Origin: Turneriella sp.
Lineage (GTDB): Bacteria; Spirochaetota; Leptospiria; Turneriellales; Turneriellaceae
Assembly (NCBI GenBank): GCA_965279515.1
Contig: CBDIID010000003.1
Location: 2,720,001-2,784,000, forward strand
Length of the DNA: 64,000 nucleotides
Direction of reading: 5' to 3'
The position numbers and the translations under genes were made by a program. Positions within the stretch are counted from its first letter, which is position 1; every line of letters starts with the position of its first letter. The notes beneath the pieces are model-generated. The model worked only from the letters and a program-made list of their open reading frames with translations, did not search any database and was not told the origin of the DNA. This document shows positions 56,796 to 64,000 of the stretch, piece by piece.

Positions 56796-57893
56796 ATGAT
56801 TTTCAGAAACGTGCTTTTGGTTGTTTTCGTTGCCTCTGCCGGAACAGTATCGGCGCAAACGGCGGCGCTTGCCGATGTGCCGGCAGGTTGCAACGCGGAA
56901 ATCCGCCTCAATCGCCCAAAGGTCTATATCGCTAACTTTTACGTCACCTATGGCAAGGCTGACATGGGCAAGAACATCGGCGATTATATTGCACAGCGCT
57001 TCGAAACCGACGGCCGTTTCGAGCTGGTACCGCGCGCTGCGATCAGCGAAACGATGAGCCGTTTTCTGACCGGAAAAAAGATCAGTGCAGACCAATACCT
57101 GCAACGCACACTCGCGCTTGCCGCAGGCGAAAACGCCGACTGCGTCATCTTCGGAAGAATTTCAAAAAAGAAAAACAAAGTCTCTTTTTCAGTGCGGATG
57201 TCCTCCGTCAGCAGCGGTGCCAGCGCGCGCAAAGTCGACACCGATGTCGAGCGCGACGCGGCGCTCGGCTTCTTAGAGGGCATCGGCGATTCGTTTGTCA
57301 GTTATTTTGTCACTGCCGCGCCGGTGCCCGTTGCGGACAACAATACCGAGGGCAGACACCGCGGTTTTCACCTGAGTCTTACGGCCGGCAGCGGCTACCT
57401 CACCGCATCCAAGCCGATCGGCAGTGATAGTTTTTCCGTGGATTCTTTTGCAGGCCATGCAGGTCTGAAAATCGGCGCGGCGATCCGGCCGGATGTCATT
57501 CTGTTCGGCGCCTTCGATGGTTTTATAGGTTTCTCTCCCGTGGGTAAGTTACAGCAGAGCGGCATTCAGGACGCCGTTTCGTTCTCTGAACTCAGCCATA
57601 ACATTCTCACAGCGGGTGCGGGGTTGAAATTATACAGCGAAGAAAATTATTTTTTTTCCGCCTCGCTTGGCTTTGCTACCGGAACTCTGGGGTACAGCAA
57701 CAACGGCGTCAGCACTTCCGGAAACTCAGGCTATGGTGTGGCAGTGCAGCTCAGCCTCGGCCGCGAATGGTGGATTGCCCAACGCCTGGGCATCGGCATC
57801 GCATTGACGGGCCACTATAGCAACCTGCCGGGAAACTCGGTTTCTGTGAATCAGTATTATGCAGGCCTCGGAATCTCGGCCAGTTATAACTGA
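56796..57893 (+). CDS. Outer-membrane protein: CsgG/TolB-N-like domain plus beta-barrel
   Basis: Signal peptide; N-domain closely similar to the next gene; barrel strands ending LGISASYN. Confidence 0.7.
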   Translation: MIFRNVLLVVFVASAGTVSAQTAALADVPAGCNAEIRLNRPKVYIANFYVTYGKADMGKNIGDYIAQRFETDGRFELVPRAAISETMSRFLTGKKISADQYLQRTLALAAGENADCVIFGRISKKKNKVSFSVRMSSVSSGASARKVDTDVERDAALGFLEGIGDSFVSYFVTAAPVPVADNNTEGRHRGFHLSLTAGSGYLTASKPIGSDSFSVDSFAGHAGLKIGAAIRPDVILFGAFDGFIGFSPVGKLQQSGIQDAVSFSELSHNILTAGAGLKLYSEENYFFSASLGFATGTLGYSNNGVSTSGNSGYGVAVQLSLGREWWIAQRLGIGIALTGHYSNLPGNSVSVNQYYAGLGISASYN

Positions 57894-57916
57894 CTTGCAG
57901 ATCCCTGAAATTCGAA

Positions 57917-57946
57917 TTGACGGCGCGATACGGCGGTTGCTATTAT
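57917..57946 (+). promoter_or_regulatory. Candidate sigma70 promoter TTGACG-N18-TATTAT with extended -10
   Basis: Consensus-like hexamers; a similar TTGACGG...CGGCGGT segment precedes the paralogue at 56753. Confidence 0.55.
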
Positions 57947-58011
57947 GAGCCACCGCCTGTTAGCCCTCCGCAGCTATCACTTACATAAAACAGGCCTTTA
58001 ATTGAACTACT

Positions 58012-59076
58012 ATGTTAAGACGCTTCCTGATCGCGGCCGCTTGTGTCACAATACCCTGTAAGGTTTTTAGCCAAAATCCCGGCCAAATGATTTCTGCGAC
58101 GGGCGTTTCCGGATTAATCAGCCCGCCGACAGGCTGCAGTGCCGAAATCCGCGGCAACCGGCCAAAGGTTTACATCGCCAACTTCTTCGTAACCTACGGG
58201 AAAAAAGACATGGGCAAGGCGATCGGTGACTATATCGCCGAACGTTTCGAAACGGATGGCCGCTTTGAAATCATTCCCCGGGCCCAGATCAATGAAACGA
58301 TGATGCCTTTTTTCAAGAACAAAAAGGCCACGGCAGACCAATACCTGCAGAAAACGCTCGAACTCGCCGCCAGCCAGGATGCCGACTGTGTAATCTTTGG
58401 CCGCATAGCCAAAAAGAAAAACAAAATCTCTTTTCTTGTACGGATGGCAGCCGTCTCGACGGGAAACAGCGTGCGCAAAGTCGATACCGACGTCGAAAAA
58501 GCCGAAGCCGTCCAATTTCTCGAAGGTATCGGCGATTCTTTTGTCAGTTATTTTGTCTCAGCACCCGCTCTGCCCGTGCCGATTGCAGATAAGCCGGGAA
58601 AAATCCGCGGTTTTTATCTTGCTGCGAATGGTGTCGGCGTTCTTCCCTTTGGTTTCGTGCGCAATGGGTTCTCCTGGGGCTCAGGCGGGTCATTTGAATT
58701 CGGGCATAAAGGGCTGCTGGGCAAAGATTTGTTTTTCGGTGTGAACGGAGAATACGTCTATTATTTCAAGAGCAACGATAATTTTACAAGTCTCTATAGC
58801 ATGACCGCGCTGGGTCTCGCCGGTTATGAATTTCTGACTTTGGAGAAACTGAAATTCCAGCTTGTGCTGTATGGCGGTTACCAGATGGGTCGACTCACCG
58901 GGGCCGTGGAAACCTTTGATTATGGTTACGGTATCTTTATGGCCGGCAGCCGAGCCGTTTATGATCTGAGCGAACGTTGGGGACTCATGGGTGAAGCACG
59001 CTACTCACTGGCAATTGCGGGTTCAACGAAGATTTCCTCAGTCGGTTTTTCAGCTGGTGGCCAATGGAGGTTTTGA
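58012..59076 (+). CDS. Outer-membrane protein: CsgG/TolB-N-like domain plus beta-barrel
   Basis: Paralogous N-domain; different barrel ending FSAGGQWRF. Confidence 0.7.
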   Translation: MLRRFLIAAACVTIPCKVFSQNPGQMISATGVSGLISPPTGCSAEIRGNRPKVYIANFFVTYGKKDMGKAIGDYIAERFETDGRFEIIPRAQINETMMPFFKNKKATADQYLQKTLELAASQDADCVIFGRIAKKKNKISFLVRMAAVSTGNSVRKVDTDVEKAEAVQFLEGIGDSFVSYFVSAPALPVPIADKPGKIRGFYLAANGVGVLPFGFVRNGFSWGSGGSFEFGHKGLLGKDLFFGVNGEYVYYFKSNDNFTSLYSMTALGLAGYEFLTLEKLKFQLVLYGGYQMGRLTGAVETFDYGYGIFMAGSRAVYDLSERWGLMGEARYSLAIAGSTKISSVGFSAGGQWRF

Positions 59077-60134
59077 TGCGACGTCAAATACACATACTAC
59101 TATCATGCTGTTTCGCACTCGGCATCTCGGATTGTAAATCCTATGAAGACAGCTTTAACCGCGATATCGATAGCACAGGGGTCTACGTACCTAATTCCGG
59201 TTCAAACACAGTTTCGCAACTCGCCGCCGACCCTAAATCCGGCATATTGAATGACCTGGGGCAATTAGGCGTGGGCAACCTGCCCGGTTATCTCACAGTA
59301 AATTCGACCGGCACGCTTGCATATCTGGTAAACACCAACGACAATTTGGTTCATGTTTACAGCATCAGTAAAACGACGCGCAAACTCACCTTAACAAGCA
59401 CGGCAACAACAGGCACGCAGCCGATCATGATCGCCTTCCATGGTTCGGGAAAGTTCGCCTACGTGGTGAACGCTACGTCGAAAACGATCTCGGCCTATTC
59501 CGTCGATGCGACGAGCGGCGCTCTCACGTCGCTTGGTACTGCCACCAATATGGAGGGCTCCGGAACGCGAATCCCTTATTTTATCGCGATTACAGGAAAC
59601 TATGCAATCGTAACCGCTTTGGCTCATGCCGAAATCTATTTGTACGATATTGCGCCCACTACGGGGGCAATTTCTTCAAATGCCACACCTTTTGCCAACA
59701 TCGGTGCGCTTCCGAAATGGATTCGCACTGTAGATTCAGGAAATAATCCGTATATTTTCGTTGCGACCGCTGCCAACAAGATTGAATCGTTTCAATTTTC
59801 CAGTTGGACTCTTAATCCGACGACAGCTCAAACGACTACGGGTGTAAACCCGATGGTATTCAGTTTTAATCCGGCATCTTCTGCGCTGTATGTTTCTAAC
59901 TACGATGCCGCGACAATTTCTATCTATTCGGTTTCCGGAATAAACCTGACTTTAACGGGCACAGTTAGTACCTGCACGAACCCTTCGCAATCTTATCTCA
60001 ATTCTTCCGGCTTTATGTATCTCATCTGCAGGGCCGATGGCAAGATTAACGGGTATTCCTATACTTCCAATAGCCTTACAGCCGTTGGCAGCGTGACTGT
60101 CGGAACAACCCCTGCGAGTATCGCCGGCTACTGA
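59076..60134 (+). CDS. Beta-propeller (lactonase-like) lipoprotein
   Basis: TGATG overlap with the OMP; GGAGG RBS; lipobox LGISDC; repeats such as G..P..IAFH.SGKFAYVVN. Confidence 0.8.
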   Translation: MRRQIHILLSCCFALGISDCKSYEDSFNRDIDSTGVYVPNSGSNTVSQLAADPKSGILNDLGQLGVGNLPGYLTVNSTGTLAYLVNTNDNLVHVYSISKTTRKLTLTSTATTGTQPIMIAFHGSGKFAYVVNATSKTISAYSVDATSGALTSLGTATNMEGSGTRIPYFIAITGNYAIVTALAHAEIYLYDIAPTTGAISSNATPFANIGALPKWIRTVDSGNNPYIFVATAANKIESFQFSSWTLNPTTAQTTTGVNPMVFSFNPASSALYVSNYDAATISIYSVSGINLTLTGTVSTCTNPSQSYLNSSGFMYLICRADGKINGYSYTSNSLTAVGSVTVGTTPASIAGY

Positions 60135-60177
60135 CCTTTTTCCTTTTCACCCTGTCTGAATTTTCATTTTTCCACGC

Positions 60178-61194
60178 ATGGATTACAAGTCGGCCGGTGT
60201 CGATACGCATTACGCGCAAAGGCTGATCCATAATCTCAAAGACCGCATCACCGCGACACACCGCGTCCCCAATGTCGGTGAAATCGCCGGCCAGTACGGC
60301 GGCTTTGCGGGACGCTTTACATCCCCCCAGATACCAGGCTTTGACGTCGTCGCCACCACCGATGGCGTCGGCACCAAGACGCAACTCTTACGCCGGTTCA
60401 ACTACCTCGACGGTATAGGCCAAGACCTCGTCGCCATGTGTGTCAACGACCTGTTCTGCTCCGGCGCCACCCCCGCTTTTTTCCTGGACTACATCGCCTG
60501 CGGCAAGCTCGATGAGAGCTGGTATGACCGCGTGCTCAGCAGTATCGCCGACGCGTGCGCGGCAACGCCGATGGCGCTCATGGGCGGAGAGACAGCCGAG
60601 CATCCCGGCGTTATGCCTGACGACGATTTTGACCTCGCGGGTTTCGCGGTCGGCTTTGTTCCCAAAGAGCGCAAGCTGCCGAACTTCGAGGCGCAAAAAG
60701 AGGGAGATCTACTCATTGCTCTGCCCGCATCGGGCCTGCATTCAAACGGCTTCTCTCTGGTGCGGAAAATTTTTGCCGAGATGGAAAAACAGAGCCCGGC
60801 TGAGTTTCAAACCATGGTCGCCAACCGCGATGAACTCATTGCCACCTGGCTGAATCCCACACGCATCTATTCTGAACTGCCGGGTCTCATTGCCGCGGCG
60901 CAAATCAAGGGGATTGCCCACATCACCGGCGGTGGCCTCCACGAAAACCTGCCGCGCGCCATTGCACCGGGTTTTGGCGCCGTTGTCGAAAACGCCGAAC
61001 CGTTTCGCCTGAAGGCCGCACCAATACTTGAAAAATACGTCGAGCGTGAAAAACTCTTCCATACCTTCAACATGGGTACGGGAATTATTCTGATAGCTGC
61101 TGAATCCGAACTTACAACAATCAGAACGCATTACCCGCAGGCCGCGGTCATGGGCAAGCTCGCGCAGGGCGCCGGCGTTTCAATCCAGAAGTAG
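60178..61194 (+). CDS. purM: Phosphoribosylformylglycinamidine cyclo-ligase
   Basis: YKSAGVD, TDGVGTK, DLVAMCVND, GGETAE, GLHSNGFS, HITGGG, FNMG. Confidence 0.97.
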   Translation: MDYKSAGVDTHYAQRLIHNLKDRITATHRVPNVGEIAGQYGGFAGRFTSPQIPGFDVVATTDGVGTKTQLLRRFNYLDGIGQDLVAMCVNDLFCSGATPAFFLDYIACGKLDESWYDRVLSSIADACAATPMALMGGETAEHPGVMPDDDFDLAGFAVGFVPKERKLPNFEAQKEGDLLIALPASGLHSNGFSLVRKIFAEMEKQSPAEFQTMVANRDELIATWLNPTRIYSELPGLIAAAQIKGIAHITGGGLHENLPRAIAPGFGAVVENAEPFRLKAAPILEKYVEREKLFHTFNMGTGIILIAAESELTTIRTHYPQAAVMGKLAQGAGVSIQK

Positions 61195-61224
61195 TTTTGG
61201 CAAGATATTCGCCTCACGGCGGGT

Positions 61225-62130
61225 ATGACAAAAGCAGAATTTCTCGCGAGCGAAACCGGCAAACAGTATACAGCGCAGATGCGCCTGACGGGATTAAGGC
61301 CTGTCACCATCAATAACTATGCCCGGCGCGTCAGCGCGGCAGCAAGGTTTTTGCGGAAGGAGCCCTCCAGCCTCAGTTCAAAAGACGCAGAAGAGTTCAT
61401 CCAGAAGGCGGCGCTCGAGGGTAACTCGAACATTAACAGCATTATTACATGCGTGGCGCTGAAATTTTATGTGACGCGCATACTGAAGAAACCCTGGCAC
61501 AGCTTTGCGTTACCGCGCGTCCATAAACACCGTAAGCGGCGCGCACGGCCGTTGACGCGCGACGAAATTCTCGCCATCATCGATCGCACGCAGGGTCGTC
61601 GGTACCGGCTGCTCTTCGCCCTGATCTATGGCAGCGGCCTGCGCGTGGGTGAAGCGTGCCGGCTGCGTCTCAGAGATCTGGATTTTCACAATCTGAAAAT
61701 TTATATCCGGGATGGAAAGGGCGGCCGTCACCGTGAAACGGTACTTTCTTCCGCGCTGGCAAAGGAACTCATGCTTTATATTTCCGAAAGGCGCCCGATC
61801 CAATGGCTTTTCCCTTCGAACCGCCAGACTTACGCGGCGGAAACCCTCTTTCCTGTGGTAATCAGAACAAAGCCTATCTCTGTGCGTTCGGCCCAGCGTG
61901 AGTTTGAAATTGCCTCCAACCAACTGAATCTTTCAGGGCTGGTCACCATCCACTCGCTGAGGCACTCTTTCGCCACCCATCTCGTGGAATATAATATGCC
62001 GCTGTTTTCTGTGCAGCGTTTGCTGGGCCACCAACACCTCAACACAACGCTGGGTTATTTGTCGTCGATGGGTCGGCCCGTGGTTGAAGATTTTAGCCCG
62101 CTAGACCGCTTGCGCATCGCGCACCTGTAA
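61225..62130 (+). CDS. Tyrosine recombinase with N-terminal SAM-like domain
   Basis: YGSGLRVGE, GKG, HSLRHSFATH, LLGH, TTLGY; ends SPLDRL. Confidence 0.9.
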   Translation: MTKAEFLASETGKQYTAQMRLTGLRPVTINNYARRVSAAARFLRKEPSSLSSKDAEEFIQKAALEGNSNINSIITCVALKFYVTRILKKPWHSFALPRVHKHRKRRARPLTRDEILAIIDRTQGRRYRLLFALIYGSGLRVGEACRLRLRDLDFHNLKIYIRDGKGGRHRETVLSSALAKELMLYISERRPIQWLFPSNRQTYAAETLFPVVIRTKPISVRSAQREFEIASNQLNLSGLVTIHSLRHSFATHLVEYNMPLFSVQRLLGHQHLNTTLGYLSSMGRPVVEDFSPLDRLRIAHL

Positions 62131-62880
62131 CAGCTGCGCGGCAATACTGACCGCAATTTCGGCGGGCTCGCTCTTCCCCAGCTTCAGGCCAATCGGGCAA
62201 TGGAAGTCTTCGGCACGGGTGGGATGTATCCCCGCGGCAATCAGATCGGCGATAAGTACGGCCCTTTTACTCTTGCTGCCAATCACTCCCACATAAGGGA
62301 AGGATCTGTCGCGTTGCAGGCAGGCCATCAGAACGGGAAAATCCGTGGCATGGCCCTGCGTCATCATCAGCACGAATGTCTCATCAGACAGGCTATGGAT
62401 TTCCATAGCCGGGTTTTCGCGCAGGCGCTTTATCAGCTTCGGGCTATTGGGCAGTGCCTGCAACCATTCGTCGCGAGCATCGACACAAATCACCCGGCAA
62501 TTCAGGGTAAGCAGCGAAACCACCAGCGCCTGCGCTACATGCCCTGCACCAAAGACGGCAATCTGCCAATCCGAAACAGCGTAGGTTTCAAAGTAGAGTT
62601 TTACGCGCCCACCGCAGGTCATACCGACGTCACGTTCTAAATGCCAGTCGAAATGCGTGTTCGCCTGTTTCCGACGAAGTAAATCCGCCGCTGTCGCCAG
62701 CGCCTTCGCCTCGACTTTGCCGCCACCCACCGTGCCATAGATAAGACCCTGTTCATCGCAGAGCATTTTTGCACCGGATTCCTGGGGCGCAGAACCGAGC
62801 GCCTCGGTCAGAATGACCATGGCGAATGGGCGACCCGAATCAAGCAATTCGCGGTGTTTTTCCCAGAACAAGGATTTCAC
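62101..62880 (-). CDS. xdhC: Xanthine dehydrogenase accessory protein XdhC
   Basis: GSAP, GTVGGG, CGG, FGAGHV, GVIGSKSK, CPIG, PAEIAVS. Confidence 0.92.
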   Translation of the reverse strand: MKSLFWEKHRELLDSGRPFAMVILTEALGSAPQESGAKMLCDEQGLIYGTVGGGKVEAKALATAADLLRRKQANTHFDWHLERDVGMTCGGRVKLYFETYAVSDWQIAVFGAGHVAQALVVSLLTLNCRVICVDARDEWLQALPNSPKLIKRLRENPAMEIHSLSDETFVLMMTQGHATDFPVLMACLQRDRSFPYVGVIGSKSKRAVLIADLIAAGIHPTRAEDFHCPIGLKLGKSEPAEIAVSIAAQLLQVRDAQAV

Positions 62881-62904
62881 TAAGGGGATATCTGCGATAC
62901 CCCC

Positions 62905-64000
62905 TTAAACCCCCGCAATAAGCATTAAGATTTCTTCGTTTGTGGCAGGTAGGTTGATGTGTGCTGGTTTACCAGTCATATATGATAAGGCATTCTTCAC
63001 CGCGCAGAAAACTGCCAGGCCGAGCATCAGCGGTGGCTCGGCGACAGCCTTCGACGAACGGATGTTGAAGTCGTGCAAGGTATTCTCGAAAAATTCCAGC
63101 CGGAAATCGTCGGGGATATCCTGAATGTTCGGGATCTTATACGTCGTCGGCGAATGCGAGAGCAAGGCGCCTTTCTCATTGTATTTCAGCTCTTCTGCCG
63201 TCACCCAACCGATGCCTTGCACCAGGCCACCGATTAGCTGCCCACGATCGATGCCAGGGTTGATCGCCTTGCCAATATCCATAAGCACATCAAGGCGGTC
63301 GATCGTGAGCGCTCCGGTAAAACGGTCGATCGAAATCTCGGCCACGCAGGCACCGTTGGTAAAATAATAGAACGGGCTGCCCTTGCCCGTTGCATAATCG
63401 AAGTCGATGCCCGGCGTGGCATAGAAGCCACGCTCACCCATCGAAATGCGTTCACGCCACGCCTTTTGTGTAAGTTCGGCGAAGGTGATACTTTGTCCCC
63501 CCTCCGCCTTACCGGGCACCTCCCCCCGCCTGCGGGGGGAGGACGGGAGGGGGGACACGCCCACTATTCCATCACAAAACTCGATTTTATCAGGAGTAGT
63601 CGAAAACAGCTTCGCCGCAAATTCGGTAAGCCGCCCGCGGATCTTTTGGCAAGCCACAGCCGCCGCATTGCCGTTGAGGTCTGTACCCGCGGAAGCAGCC
63701 GTCGGCGCCGTGTTATTCGACTTCTCGCTCGATGTTGCCATCACACGCACATCTTCATAACGCACACCTAACTCGTCGGCGACGATCTGCTGCACCTTCG
63801 TGTAGAGGCCCTGCCCCATTTCCGTGCCACCGGTTGAAACCTGCACGGTGCCGTCGGTGTAGACGTTGACCAGGGCATTACCCTGGTTCAGAAATTTCGT
63901 GGTGAATGAAATGCCGAATTTGACACCGGTAAGGGCGAGACCTTTGATTTGCTCCCTTCCCCCAGACTTGGGGGAAGGGCCGGGGTTAGGGGCGAGGGCG
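62905..64000 (-). CDS. xdhB: Xanthine dehydrogenase molybdopterin-binding subunit (partial, begins beyond window)
   Basis: Frame is open to the window edge: KGLALTGVKFGISFT...NQGNAL...GGTEMGQGL...TAASAG...YKIP...SKAVAEPP. Confidence 0.93.
   Translation of the reverse strand, partial: ALAPNPGPSPKSGGREQIKGLALTGVKFGISFTTKFLNQGNALVNVYTDGTVQVSTGGTEMGQGLYTKVQQIVADELGVRYEDVRVMATSSEKSNNTAPTAASAGTDLNGNAAAVACQKIRGRLTEFAAKLFSTTPDKIEFCDGIVGVSPLPSSPRRRGEVPGKAEGGQSITFAELTQKAWRERISMGERGFYATPGIDFDYATGKGSPFYYFTNGACVAEISIDRFTGALTIDRLDVLMDIGKAINPGIDRGQLIGGLVQGIGWVTAEELKYNEKGALLSHSPTTYKIPNIQDIPDDFRLEFFENTLHDFNIRSSKAVAEPPLMLGLAVFCAVKNALSYMTGKPAHINLPATNEEILMLIAGV
63494..63557. repeat. Nested GC-rich palindrome translated in frame in xdhB
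   Basis: Outer TGTCCCCCCTCC/GGAGGGGGGACA and inner CCTCCCCCCGC/GCGGGGGGAGG stems; encodes VSPLPSSPRRRGEVPGKAEGGQ. Confidence 0.8.
63954..63994. repeat. REP-like element translated in frame in xdhB
   Basis: Reverse complement is 40/41 identical to 12742-12782; encodes APNPGPSPKSGGR just before KGLALT. Confidence 0.85.

Noticed and set aside
61225..62130. Integron or prophage
   Set aside because: There is no IntI-specific domain, attI/attC array or phage gene, and the flanks are housekeeping genes.
62881..62907. TAAGGGG...CCCCTTA hairpin between xdhB and xdhC
   Set aside because: It has no U-tract and lies within an operon; too weak to call a terminator or a repeat copy.

Overview
Bacterial chromosomal window with about 70 genes and no rRNA, tRNA or CRISPR array. 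Gene content (spirochaete-type lipoproteins, FG-GAP and SH3 proteins, an SthK/LliK-like CNG channel) suggests a Leptospiraceae/Turneriella-like spirochaete (inference). The left ~7.8 kb is visibly more AT-rich and is the right-hand part of an unusual biosynthetic cluster. Its minus-strand operon encodes a tetraether synthase (Tes/GDGT-MAS, MJ0619)-like multi-cluster radical SAM enzyme, two FabG paralogues (one lacking the catalytic Tyr), a FabZ, and a ketosynthase-like protein without the active-site Cys that runs off the window. A class III aminotransferase and a second radical SAM enzyme are transcribed divergently. This is the best candidate for an undescribed system: C-C coupling of FAS II-derived chains. 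Other notable structure: (i) four TolB-N/CsgG-like + beta-barrel outer-membrane proteins, three translationally coupled to a predicted lipoprotein; (ii) GC-rich palindromic repeats translated in frame inside xdhB, hrpB and other genes; (iii) a CNG K+ channel between two paralogous unknown membrane proteins; (iv) a CsoR-family-controlled persulfide/rhodanese locus with a clear operator; (v) tandem secreted Cys-rich miniproteins; (vi) two disrupted genes, two TA modules and an orphan tyrosine recombinase. The rest is housekeeping or accessory (prlC, recQ, hrpB, purM, xdhBC).
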